This document shows positions 11,996 through 24,029 of a stretch of 64,000 nucleotides of DNA, one piece after another. The notes beneath the pieces were generated by a model. That model searched no databases. It was not told the origin of the DNA and worked only from the letters and a program-made list of their open reading frames with translations. The number at the start of each line of letters is the position of its first letter. Position 1 is the first letter of the stretch. Made by a program: the position numbers and the translations under genes. Source of the stretch: Camelus ferus (lineage: Eukaryota); the NCBI RefSeq assembly GCF_009834535.1, contig NC_045697.1, positions 107,696,001 to 107,760,000 on the forward strand, given 5' to 3'.

Positions 11996-12355
11996 TGTTG
12001 ACATAACTTTCTAGGCCCAAGATGGAGCCATACCTGTTCAGGGTGTCATATCAGCAAACTGACACTTGGATGATTTTGGTGTCCCTGGTCCGCTTGACCA
12101 GAAGCGTGCTAAGTATACCTAGTCGCCAGTCTGCAGACACCAAGTCGGCTCTGGGTCTTCTCACCCCAGACGGGGTTGACTGTGTGGCCCCAGCCAATCA
12201 TTTATTTTCTACTTTTCTCTTCTTTGTTCTTTATTCTTCATCCCGTAAAAGTTTCCTGCCTTCTGTCCCATTTTGCCGAAAGGAGACTGTCCACTTCATG
12301 AATTGTTAAAGTTTATTTGTGCCATCTAAGTTGTATTCTTTAATCATTTTTAATA
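11996..12355 (+). mobile_element. Probable ERV1-type solo LTR inserted in L2
   Basis: Interrupts L2; tgttg...taata termini with 4-bp ggct/ggcc flanks; 'caagatggag' (YY1-like), 'cagccaatc' CCAAT box and 'cccgtaaaag' TATA-like motif in LTR order. Confidence 0.5.
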
Positions 12356-12789
12356 GGCCTTTGAATCACCATGCATCTTTTTTTTTTCCCCCATTGAGCT
12401 GACTTATTGGCTATAATTTATGTGGTTCTGTAAACCATCTTTATGAGCGCAGGTGGTGGACCTGTTTTCGCTCACCATTATCTCCCCAGACTTAGCACAG
12501 TACTTAGCACGTATTAGGTGTCCCATAAATATTTGCTGAATGAATGAATAACTAGAGAAAATGGAATCGATGTAGCTGTTACCTAATTAAGTGCACACAC
12601 AGTGCCAATACCAGAGACATCAGGAAGAGTGAAATGTGCCCTTGCAAGAGGTCATCTTCGGAGGCTGGCTCCTTAATCTGTAGCTGCTGTTGTTAGAAGG
12701 GGAGTTTGGAACAGTTTTAAAGAGTGGTCTTTGGAAGTAGTTTACGAGCCACGTAAGAAAAGCGCTTGTCTTTTTGATTAAAAATAATA

Positions 12790-12992
12790 TCCAGCTTGAT
12801 GATTCCCTTTATTTTCTAAATGTATTTCCGACTCACAGATATCAAATTCCACTTTCAAAGAACCAAATTTGTCACAGTTGAAAATTTCAAAAGAATGTTA
12901 AATAGGTGATGGCAGCCTTAAAAGAGTTGTTCCTAAAACGTTTTGAGCATTGGCGGGCGTTTTTGTAATGAGCGTGTCAGCTTTGAAGGGGC
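12790..12992 (+). mobile_element. Ancient mariner (MARNA-like) transposase C-terminal relic
   Basis: 'atcaaattccactttcaaagaaccaaatttgtcacagttgaaaatttcaaaagaatg' and 'cctaaaacgttttgagcattggc...tttgaagggg' resemble the mariner C-terminus KSTLKG-RF-T-EDIQKN...KCFEQW...FEG. Confidence 0.6.
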
Positions 12993-14880
12993 TACTACTT
13001 CCATGGACATGCGCGCTGTGCTGTTTCTGTTCGGATCTTTCACGAAGTCGCTCTTCACGCTTTAAGGATGTCTCAGTTGTGCTTCTGGCAACGAGGCAGA
13101 GGGAGGCATTTTACTCTCTTAAGTCATTCACTTCATCTTGGTGCTTTCCATCCTCCATGGGCAAAATACATCTTGCAGAATTTGTTTTTTTTAACCAGGA
13201 AGGAATGTAATAGGGAAATGAATTAACTATTATAAAGTGTTTTAAATTCCTTAGATGTTGAATTCTGTGTTTAGAAAAAGCCCCTGTTAGCGTGAAAGAT
13301 CACAGAACTGGGACCACATTATTCCACCGAAAAGTATCAGGGATTCTTGCCACATTCTACTATTCAGGATGATTTATTCGTTACTTTTATTGATTTTTTT
13401 TTTTTTTTTTGGCCACTACCACTTAATCTCTTTTGTGCTAGGTATTGCCCCTTTACCTCCTGATTTTGGAAGAAAGTTGCTTTGTGTACTCCCTCTTTCT
13501 AACACTTTAAATCAGCATTGACTTTAAGGGGGAGTAACTGAATTTAAAATAACACACATACATCTGCAGCTTTAAATCTATGAGAATGCTTTTGGATATA
13601 CTGAACTGGTAACTGCAGCTCTTGAAGATTATCTTCAAGCAGAACATTTGTCACAGATCCATTCAGGTCACCATTAGGACTGTGCTTTTCCTTCGTTCAC
13701 CTTTGGGGAAGTGCACACAACTCAACGTGGTGTGGGTGCTTTCGGAATAGAAGACGGCACTGCAGGCTAACATTCTGGTGGCAAGCCTTAGCTATGCGGC
13801 CAGGAGCAAAAGTTCTATTGACTTTTTGTTCTCAAGTGTTCTTGTTTTCACCTGAGCAACAGAGATTTGGCTTTCATTTGCTTTTTGTTTCGTTTACTAC
13901 TTGCCAGTAAAGGCCTACATTTTCATATTGCTTTAGTGTTGGCAGTATTTGCTTATACAAATATATGTATATATTTTTTGCAAATATATTTTTGTACTTC
14001 CTTCTGCAAATATTTTCTGTGCCTAACAATAATACCGAGATTCATGAGAGAACAATCTTTTGAATTTGGTCTTGTAAAGAGTGGTTCTATGCTCAATACC
14101 TTCTTTGGCAGGTTGCCACTTTTTGTTAAATAAGGCTCTTAGAAAAAGACCTTTTAATGTTTGTGCAGAAGAGTCATCGTGTTTTCTGTCTGTGTGAATC
14201 TCAGTGAATCCTGTCTGTGACCGAGTCCCAACCTCATACGTGACCACTGACACTCATCTGTGTGAGTCCTGGCCAGCCACTCCCTACTTCCCAACAAAAT
14301 TGTCCCCAGAGGGATTTGAATACTGTCAAATGCATTTTGATGTAGATGCACTCACATTAGCATTAAGCCCTTTAGTATTATTGTTACTTATTTATTTATT
14401 TTTTACTAAATCATCCAATCTTAAGCTGGGGTCATGTTATTATGTAATATATTTAATGCGTACAGTTCTTGTATTCATCACTGATCATTGTGCTGTTTCC
14501 TGTGTGGGCAAGAGAATTACTGTTCTGTGTAAGGTGGTGGGATATTGTGTAGCTGGGCCCTGGGAAGTCTCAAGAATGATGGCAGTAATGCGCTCAAGTC
14601 AACTGCGCCCTCTGGGTGAGCACTGAAGTGCTTGTTGTAAGGTCTTGAAAAGTTAATGGAAAATTAATACCTTGTAAACATAATCCTCTACTGTTCAAAA
14701 TAACGACCCACTCAGGTTCAGGCAGCGTATATTAAAATATTCTAACATGAGTTAGAAACTGGTAAAGAAGGGGTAATAAAGGATTTGGAATGGCTTTTCA
14801 CTTAGTTGTGAAGTAAACAGGCTACTGTGCGTGAGAGGTCTTCGCAGTCTTTATGGAGGAGGCAACTGCGGTGAGCAGAG

Positions 14881-15002
14881 GTCACGTGGCACGCAGAGTC
14901 ACGTGGGTGATGAGTGCGGGAGCTGGACCTGGACCCAGACGGCTCCTGCTCATCCCTCCTCCACAGTTCTGCCTTTCCCTGGACGGAGGGAGGCGTCACG
15001 TG
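14881..15002. promoter_or_regulatory. Candidate enhancer: three GTCACGTG E-boxes
   Basis: GTCACGTG at 14881-14888, 14898-14905 and 14995-15002 in a locally GC/CpG-rich, repeat-free patch. Confidence 0.5.
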
Positions 15003-15310
15003 TTGCAAGAAATGTACAGTTTCCTCTTTTTGATAAGCTGAGACAAACTGAGATTTAGGAGATAAAAGCTCAAGTCATTTATTAACTTACTGAACCACCA
15101 ATTCGGTTTGATAGAAATTTACCAAGGCCCTCTTATGTGTGAAACAGTACGCTGGGTGCCAGAGTAGGATATCAGGATCTCCAGTCGTCAGAGCTTGTAA
15201 AATATGTATGAAAATAATTTTCTACAAGCCAGAATTCATTCATTCTGCAGATTTTTTGGCACTGTGGTGTGTCAAGCCTGGGCTAGACCTTGAGGATTGT
15301 TCATCTGTTT

Positions 15311-15450
15311 ATTGTTTATTTTGGGGGGTGTAGGGATATAATTAGGTTTATTTATGTATCTATTTATTTTTAGAGGAGGTACTAGGGATTGAACCCAGGG
15401 CCTCCTGCATGCTAAGCATGTACTTTACCATTTGAGCTATACCCTCTCCC
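15311..15450 (-). mobile_element. Camelid tRNA-derived SINE (Vic-1 type)
   Basis: Reverse complement of 'ggggagggtatagctcaa-tggta...catgcttagcatgcaggagg-cctgggttcaatccc-agtacctcc'; TSD ttcatctgttt (15300-15310 / 15454-15464). Confidence 0.9.
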
Positions 15451-15640
15451 TCATTCATCTGTTTATCTTCATCCTAAACTTCTGATCACCACTATGTGCC
15501 AGGCACTGTTCTAGATGCTGGGAGGATAGTTGAGAACAGAGCAAGCAAAGTCTGTGTTTTCAGTGAGCGTGCATTCTAGCGGAAGAGAGACAGACGGTAA
15601 ATACATAAGAAAAGACCCATTCTGCAGGGAATTAAGATTG
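15451..15640 (-). mobile_element. L2 3' end
   Basis: 'cactatgtgccaggcactgttctagatgctgggagg...gagcgtgcattctagcgg'. Confidence 0.7.
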
Positions 15641-16291
15641 GACTGTGTATGGAGAGATGGCTATGTTAGATTGCAGAGTGACGTAAGGTTTGATCCTTGC
15701 CCTAGTGGAGACAGAAATGAGGATGGAAACTTAGAAACATCATAATTTTGGCTATTTATTTGAATTTTTTGTTTTTGCACTTTAGTGCTAATAATCTCTT
15801 GATCAAACAATACACTGTTGGACTTCCAGCCCTTTACTCTGAGCTCAGTCCCCTATGTTGCTTGAAAAATGGGCTCCTGGGCCATGTTATCTTGACTCCA
15901 TTGTAGAATTCAGTTTTAATTTGGGACAACCTAAGAAAAAACAGTTTTTGACTTTATTTGCTTTTGGAGTACTATTGGGAAAATTTTCCATCACATCTTG
16001 TGATGTGATTATATCTCCTAGAGCAGTTCTTTCACAGTAAATGATAGGAAACAGCTTTGCTTCCCTGGAGAGGTGCAAATGTTTGGTCCTCATAGGAAAC
16101 CGTATACCTAATGATATTTACGTTTTCACCTTGGCTGTTAGGAAGCACAGACTCAAATTCTCTGCTTAACTGTAGTAACTGTGTAGGACTCAAATGGGTC
16201 TCCGTATTTGAGTTCTATTCTAATATCTCTTATGTCAGCCACAGTCTTCGTTTTCGTCTCTAATTCATACTTTCCTTGGTCATGATGTTTT

Positions 16292-16396
16292 AAAAAATAT
16301 GTAATTGTTCATGAATTGGCATGTCATCCTAGTGCAGGGGCCATGCTAATCTCTGTGTCATTCCAATTTTAGTGTAAATGCTACTGAGCTGAGTAC
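16292..16396 (-). pseudogene. RNU6: U6 snRNA retropseudogene, full length, diverged
   Basis: Reverse complement aligns end-to-end with U6 ('...aaaattggaatgacacagagattagcatggcccctgcactaggatgacatgccaattcatgaacaattacatattttt'); TSD ttggtcatgat (16276-16286 / 16400-16410); TT/AAAA L1 endonuclease site; many substitutions. Confidence 0.92.
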
Positions 16397-19300
16397 TCGT
16401 TGGTCATGATTTTTAATTTCCTTCTTTAATATGTGCATTTCTCATAAGCCATCTCAGGTTTTTTGTAGAATTAGATGAGGGCTAAATAAATAATGCCCCT
16501 ACACTGTTCACTGTATGAACAAGATACACTTAGAATGTTATATATCAGTACATAAATACAAGGACCCATCATATTTTAAATTTATATGTTCTTTGTTCTC
16601 TGTGAACTTGGTCTTCATTGATAGTTTTTAGGCAATGGTACATATAATCATAGACTGTAAAACTAAATGAAAAATGTTGCAACAGCAAGAGCCAAGTTCA
16701 TGAGTAAATATTTGCACACTGACTGAGTCCACTCTGCCTCTGATGAGTTATTCATTTCCACGTATATGAATCTTTGCAATAAGAATTGGAATTTTTTTGT
16801 TGTTGTTGTTGGTCATTCATAGATTTTAATGGTCCATTTGGAGACTTGGAGTTGCTATTATTAATGGGCTGGGACTCATCACTGAACTTGAGCTAACATG
16901 ATCTAGTCATGCTTTTATTTTCAATCAATGTGTGCAAACCCTGCCTCAGAGGACTGTGTATTGTTCAGTGCTGAGCAATGAGCAGATCACTGGTTAGGTA
17001 AAATGAATTGACCTCTTACGACCAATCATTCTTAGATTCTGTCTAAAAAAAGATCTTTAAAAGTTAAAAAAACACTTTATCTTGTAGAAGAAATTTTTGT
17101 TTTCAGTGACCAGATGAAAAACTGGACTCCTTAAAACAGAAATCTTTTCAATTAAAGTAGTGAAATAATTAAAGGGATAGCCGTGCTTTTTGAATTTGCC
17201 TTATGTAGCCTCCAGTAGAAATTTCTCCCCCAGTTTTAAACTTAACAAAGTATCACCCATCCCTCAGACAGCCCTGTCAGTTCTTATAAAGTGGGAAGAC
17301 TGTGAACCTATGCTGATATACATTTAAGTGGTACAGAAAACTTTGTAGAGTTAAATGAATATCAGATGTTTTTAGGAACTTTGTTTTAAAAATAGTAATT
17401 CTTAGATAAAAGTCACTTTTGTCTGTTTCAGACTGATGACCTACTTTCTATTTAAATGAAGTGTCAAATGTTGACATCAGAATATCTTTGTGATTCAGTC
17501 TGTGTGAGGATAAATGAATTCAGTTAAATAACACAGTGGCGTTTGCTTATTTGAATCCCATCTCATTCCCCCTCCCCGAGAAATAGTTATTCTCAGTGTG
17601 TCAGTCATGCTCCAGGGTCTTGTCTCTGAATGCTGCAGGTGTGGAGTTTGCAGTCACGATTGAGCTGAGGCCTGTTCTTCTGCATCATTTTCGTGTTACA
17701 TTTCATGGTTTTCATTAGAGCTTCTCAGCCCTCCTCAAAACTTAACCACTGTTTATTGTAAAATAAAAATCCTTAGGATTTTCATTACATTGAACAGAAT
17801 CTCCTCTCAGGAACCATAAGTTGAATTGCTTTTCTGAACAAAAATAGTTGTTCTTTCTCTGAGCCACTGGTTTATTTTTACCCCAGGGACACCGCATCTT
17901 ATAACAGATCATGTTTCTCTCTACAGGACTGTAGAGAGAGGTCATGTTTCTCTCCACATGGCTGCAGCGAAGCTTTGAGTCTCCGTCCTCCTCCTCTCTT
18001 TTCCTCCTCCCCCTTCAATGTCTACAACACCTCAATTCTGGCTCTCATTCTCCCTTGTGGCTACAGGGATTGGTACACTTATCTAATTCTACTAGCTTTA
18101 AAAGCTATTTGAAGACACGGATTCTATTTTTGTTTATATTCCTTATGGGGCTGTTACAGTGTCTTGTACCCATTTGGCAGTCAAATAATAGCTGAATTAA
18201 GTATTATGAGGTCCCTCAAAAATAGCTCCATGTTGGGCTGTCTGCAGTGATGAGGGCTAGGAGAAAGAAACACACAGTGTGCCAGTGGAGGTTTTGAACA
18301 TGCTGAGGATCAGAAGGTTGTATGTTTGAAAATCCTGCACCATGAAACAGGGTGCTCCTTAGGGTGAGAAAAGAATGTCGAATGTAGGAGCCAACCTACG
18401 CTACTTCCCTCTTTGTGTCTTGTCTGAATACACTGCTGTATCAAAGCTGGGAGCCTGGCGTCTCCTTATTTTGCTCCAGTCAGAAAGGTCAATTCTCTTC
18501 TGTCATAGAAAAAAGGTAAGGAGTTTGTTGGAAGAGGGACAGTTTAATCAGTGAAGGTTTAGAAGTCGCTTTGAGATCTAGGCATACAAGTCATGCAGAC
18601 ACACCTACCGTGTAATGCAGATTACATCAGCTCTAAAATAGTTGTGAGCTGTAGCCAGTGGTCCATGTATTCAGCTTTTATTCTGTATGATTAAATTCCA
18701 GTACAATGAAAGAATGTGGACAGATCTATGGAATGAACTGTAATAGTATGTGACATACAGTCAAAACTCTTTAATGGAAAAGTCCACTGAAATAAAAGTG
18801 AACCAAGTTAACTGAAAGCAAAAGATCATCAAATTGAGATACATGGTAACACTTTATTTTATAATTAAATTTACAAAATCTATATTTGGTGTGTTGAGAA
18901 AGAGAACCTTTGTTTTATAAAAATTAAAAAATTCACTATATTTTATCTGCTATCACGTTACCATATGTTATTAGTAAGAGTCGTAATTCTAATCTTTCAT
19001 AAATCTAATCTACAACTTTAAATATCAGATGCTTATAAAAATACTAACCAGAGAAAGAACTTTTTTTCATTGTATTTCTCTCTCCTTTTCCCATCTCTGG
19101 TGGGGAAACAAAGCATAAAGTTTGTTCAAGTGAAAAAAACAAAACAAAACCCAAACCCCTACCTTACCCAGAATTTCATTTTTTAAAAACTTTGCTTAGG
19201 GTCTTGAAAGGGTGTCTTTGAAGTAGTATGTAGTTGAAAACATACCCTTAAGGACCCTTTATTGAATTAATTAAATACCAATTATTCAGCATAATACTGA

Positions 19301-19489
19301 TTTTATTATATAGTTTCAAATTTTCTTTACTTCTAAAACATGTTTCCTTCAAATGAAGCTTACATGGTTGCATTTTTGACATACACATATGATCTAATTC
19401 AGCTAGGCCCAAATGAAAACTCTAGATCTAAGTTTCCTAATTAGCGATGAAGATTATGCTCTATGAGAGTGTGCATGAGTCACTGAGGG

Positions 19490-19630
19490 GGTGGTGCGGC
19501 ATTAAAACCACTCACTCTGGAATCTGCATCAAAGGCTTGTTGTGAGGATTAAATGAGTTTATTATTCATGACGAGGATTTAGAAGAGAGTCAAGTGCCCT
19601 GTTAAGTGTTTGCTATTTTTATTATTGCCA
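19490..19630 (+). mobile_element. MIR fragment
   Basis: 'ggcttgttgtgaggattaaatgagtt...aagtgtttgctatttttattatt'. Confidence 0.65.
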
Positions 19631-19639
19631 TTGTATGGC

Positions 19640-19730
19640 TAAGACATCTTCATCTTTTTTTGTTCAAGTATCCAGCACGAAGTAGGTAGCCAGGTAGGGA
19701 TTCAATAAACATTGTTGAATAAATGAATCT
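19640..19730 (+). mobile_element. L2 3' tip
   Basis: 'gtagggattcaataaacattgttgaataaatgaat'. Confidence 0.5.
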
Positions 19731-20944
19731 TCAATTGCCTAGTGGACATTTCTATTAATTGATCACTTCTGATTCTCGTCTAAACAGCTCCCTTTCATGG
19801 TTTTATTTCTACCAATGAATCCTTTCATGTTACCAAGAGCAAAATCCTAGCGGAGTTGGCAACCATACCTGAGACAGAGCAGATTGAATGATTTTCAGGG
19901 ACATTAAGACAGTCCCTGCCCCCAAGGCTCTAGGTGCAGAAACAGGGACAGAATATTTTCATACAAGGTGGGTGGGCCTGAATCTTCTCAAACAGAACAT
20001 TTTGAGCCAGAATTAGAGGTAACTGCTTAACTGCCCAGGAAATTACTAAAGTCACCAAAAATTATTGCTAAAATTGTAGCTTCTGCTGCGTTAGTATTGC
20101 TGGGTTAGCAAACTTTCTTTGTCATGCTAGTTCCATTGGAAAGTCCTTGTTGCTTCTAAACGGAGTCCCAGCTCTGCAGCCTGGCATCCAGTGAAACCCC
20201 CCAGAACTTTCCAGTTCCGCCCCTCATCAGATCTCTCCTCAGCTGAGGCCTCTCCCTTCACGTCTCCTAAAGCATTCCTGTTCCTGCTTTAATGTCCCTC
20301 TGTTCACACTGTGCTGTGTTCATTATGCGGTCGGGCTTCCTGCATCCTCATTCATCCAAATCTGTCTTCCTTAATCGACTAGAGAGGCTTTTCCACCCTT
20401 ACTTATGTGAAGCCATCTGTGTCATGTTTTTAGGCTCCTAAATGTATTCTTAAGTGTTCCATTTGCATATTTACTGCTTTCCCTACTTTATGATAACCTT
20501 TTTGAGGGGAGGGACTGATGGAATAATGCAATTGGGGGTTAGGGGAGGAATCACACATCACAGCTAAAGCAACACCTACTAAATTGGAAAAATTAACAAT
20601 GTAAGTTTATTTTCTAACCTGTGTAGTTTACAAGGGCTTTAGAAAATTCTAAGATCAAGTCCTTCCTATTTTTTTTTTTTGGCATTAAAATGTTCTTTTA
20701 AAAAAAGTAAGTGATGATGGTAACACCTAGTAATAGTAATGGCATGAAATGAATGATCTTTACATGGAAAAATAAAAATTGGAGTTGAATTGGTTGTGTA
20801 TGTCTATATGTAGTTTCACTGGTTTCTGAAATTGCAAAGTCTAGAAAAGACAAGTCTTGCTGACTGCTGATCGTGGGAGCGTATGTACTCCATCCCTTTA
20901 ACTTCATCTGGTGGCCATTCTATTCCCTGCTCTGTTGCACAGTT

Positions 20945-21248
20945 CAGATCTTCCTCATTTTTCTACGGGGTTAATCCCAATAAACCCATTGTAAGTTGAA
21001 AATAAGTCGAAAATGCTTTTAATACACCTAACCTACCGAACCTCATAGTTTAGCCCAGTCCACTTTAAATGTATTCAGAACATTCACCATAGCCTACAGT
21101 TGGGCAAAGTCCAGCATCACAAGAGAGTATGAACTGCCTGTCACTAGCCTGGGACAAGATCAAAATTCAAAATTCCAAGTACGGTTTCTACTAAGTGTCC
21201 ATCACTTCTGTACCTTTTTTCATAAAGTTGAAATTGTAAGTTGACGTG
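20945..21248 (+). mobile_element. Tigger5-derived MITE (MER47-like) DNA transposon
   Basis: 'ggggttaatcccaataaacccattgtaagttgaaaa...aatacacctaacctaccgaacctcatag...tagcctacagttgggcaaa...gatcaaaattcaaaattccaagtacggtttctact'. Confidence 0.85.
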
Positions 21249-21911
21249 CTGTTTTTCAAGGTCTCAGACATTGGCTTAAGATTCTCATGCTGTGATTTGA
21301 TTCTGTTTATTCAGCTAGGGAATACATGAAAGTTACCTTCCAAACATCCAAAAGTGTTTCCTTCCATTGCTTGAACTTCAAAGAATATTTTTTCTTGTTC
21401 AGTTCAGATTAATCTAGGCAGTGGCATTCTGTGCCCTTTCTAAGTCAATCAGCTTTATTCATGTCATCAAAGGAGAATTTTTGCATGGCTTTCTAATTTT
21501 TCAGGTTGATTAAAAAACTCAGTGAGGATACAAAAGATATTAATTTGTTCTTTTCCTTCCAAATCTTGAACCATTTGTTTTCTTGCTCCATATTGGAAGG
21601 CAAGTTAACATTCTCCTCCTTTTTTCCAATCGTTCCACAATTTAAGGCTTTTGTTGAATACACTGTATGTTTACTTTTAGATTTTGACATTTTAATTACT
21701 AGGAGTATTTGATCACATGGAATTGTAATGATGTTCAGCACCACCACCTGACTTCCATTTGTGCACAGTGCTGACGGAATGACGGGCAGTGGGTACCCTG
21801 GTTGGGTTCTGACAGCCGATTGGTGAAGGAAGAGGCTGGGTGTTCCCATGGTACCACAGACTCATTGTGCTGTCTCTTGGTTACTGTGCAGTTTCAAACA
21901 GCAGATAGCTG

Positions 21912-22310
21912 CTGTTTCAGTCAGAGTTCATTGGTTGCAAAAAACAAAAGTCCTCTCAAAGTGACTTAAAGAAGCTAGAAAAAACTTAGACATGTAGGAT
22001 TTTACAGCCCATCTCAAAGATACGCGTGGCCCTACCAGGGACTATGGAATGGGCAAGAAAGTCAAGAATCATGGTCACATCACCTCCTCTCTAGTTCTGC
22101 CTTCCCTGCTTCTCTCTCTCCTCTTTGACATGGGCCAGCATACTGACCTTTTGGTTTTAGGCCCAAATATTTTTCCTAAGTCAGAGTCTTGAAAAAGACA
22201 ATTCGATTGGCTTAATTCAGCCTATGGATCTGTTCCCCCGAATCAGGCAGCTACCCTGGTTCTACGACTGGTTAGGGCTGGGAGCATTTTACACGGTACA
22301 AGCGAGGCAG
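21912..22310 (-). mobile_element. Very old MaLR LTR (MLT1K/L-like)
   Basis: 'tcagtcagagttcattggttgcaaaaaacaaaag...gattggcttaattcag'. Confidence 0.4.
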
Positions 22311-22339
22311 CCTTCAGCCAGGTCCTGCACCTCCTGCAC

Positions 22340-23230
22340 TGGTTCTTTGTTTCTACCCTATTCTTGCCTATTTTCTATCCTTTTGTCTTTTTGTTCCATA
22401 TTTTGAGAGATTTCCTCACTGTTATCTTGGAGTACTTTTACTGAATTTTTATTTTGGTAATCATATTTTCAAAAATATTTTTCAAGTTCTTTATTTTTCT
22501 CCAGTCATTTTATTTTCATCTGTCTCATTCTTGTTTAATGGTTGTAATACTTCTTGAATCTCTTTGAGTTGTATTAAAGTTACTTCTTTTTAAAGTGCTC
22601 TTCTGTTTCCTGAATTAATTCTGTTTCTTCTCATTGTCAGTTTTTTCCCCCCTTACGTTACTGATTTTCCTTGTAGGCCTGGTTGCCTCTTCATAATTAA
22701 GGAGGAAGAACTGCGGAGAGTTTTCTCTACTCTCTTGAAAAGATCTATCTGTAGAGTACTCCCCCCCCACCTCTCCTTTGAGCAGGAATTCTAAACAGAG
22801 CTCAGTGTGTATGTGTGTGTGTGGCAGGGAGTGGGGATACTAGGTGGGCAGCTGGCCAGCTTTGCTTCACCCCAAAAATGCAGAGGAGGATTTACTCTGA
22901 GGAACCAGAATTCACCTTGGAAACCTTTATAAGCCATGTCTTATTCCCTGTTGCAAAAATTGGTTGTGTTATTTTAGAGATGAACCCCCAGATGTTTGTC
23001 TGTCATTACACTTGGCTGTGCCACCTGTGGGCTCTGTTAGGGGTCAGGGAGGTGGAGTGGTCAGTGTCACCACTCTGGTACCTGTTGACTCAGAGCCTGG
23101 AGCCTCCCTGGGATTCTTTTGAGCAGATTGTCTCCTTGGTGGCCCATAGGTAGTAGCTCTCTCCTCATTGTTTCATCTGTCAGCACGTTCCCATCTCTTG
23201 CTTCGTTTTCCAGAAATTTGATGAAATCTC
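22340..23230 (-). mobile_element. Ancient L1/HAL1-type 5'/ORF1-region relic
   Basis: T-rich 'ttttgtctttttgttccatattttgagagatttcctcact...tactgaatttttattttggtaatcatatttt' typical of antisense old L1 ORF1 region. Confidence 0.45.
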
Positions 23231-23252
23231 TCATTTATTTAAAGTTCTTTTC

Positions 23253-23298
23253 CGTGACACAACATTGTAAACTGACTATACTTCAATTTTAAAAAAAA
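23253..23298 (+). mobile_element. Tiny young L1 3' tip
   Basis: 'gacacaacattgtaaactgactatacttcaattttaaaaaaaa' is the reverse complement of the L1 ends seen elsewhere in the window. Confidence 0.7.
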
Positions 23299-24029
23299 GG
23301 CAGATCATTAGGACTTCATAGGTAGAATGATAGTCATTAACAGTTTTTAAACAGTGAGCTGAGTGGCCTTTATCAGAACTGCAAATGAGAAATATCACCG
23401 TGATTACATAAGGAAGAATGAATTAGTATGTGTGCATTGGCTTGGGAGTGTTGAGGATGTCAAAAAACTAAAAGGAGTTTCAAGCATAGCAAGCAAAGAA
23501 ATATAATGTTTCTTAGATAATCTAGAAGTTAGATAATCTAGGGCTATTTAGGAATTGACTTTATAGGGGAACTTTTAGAAGAGAGGAAGAGATGATTGAA
23601 AATGAAATTTAAGTTTCAGACCTGGTCAGTTTGGTCAATGCGATCATTTACCAATAATGCCAAGACAGAAGACCAAAGTGGAAGGAAGTTTACAAAAGAT
23701 GGAGAACTTAGGTGAGTGGAAGATAATATGTTCAATATGTGTATTAAAAATGTACAAATATGTATTAAATTTGAGGCACCTAGAATACATCCAAGTAGAG
23801 CTGTCTTGCAAATACATGAGAATGTTGTAAAAATTCTCTTATCTGAAATAAACAACAAAGTTCTTTTCCAGCAAACTCTTTTTGATCTTACAGAATTGTT
23901 CTGTTTTATTTTTCGGTCCATTCACTTCATTTGGGATTCAGGTGGGATGACCAGGCTATCAACCATGTGGAAACTGAAACCTCAAGGTTGTTCTTTTAAA
24001 AAATAGCATTTGGCTTTTGGCTTTTGTTT

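Larger units (their letters stand above)
11090..12550 (+). mobile_element. L2 LINE 3' portion with nested L1 and LTR
   Basis: 'agtagcttcttaactggtcttcct', 'gcctttgcacatgctgttcactctacttggaacac', 'cacatttcctcagggaagcc'; terminus 'ataaatatttgctgaatgaatgaa'. Confidence 0.8.

Noticed and set aside
17431..17500. C/D snoRNA-like layout (gactgatga...gtgattcagtc with terminal stem)
   Set aside because: C box overlaps the stem, D box is GTGA rather than CTGA, and no rRNA guide complementarity was recognised.
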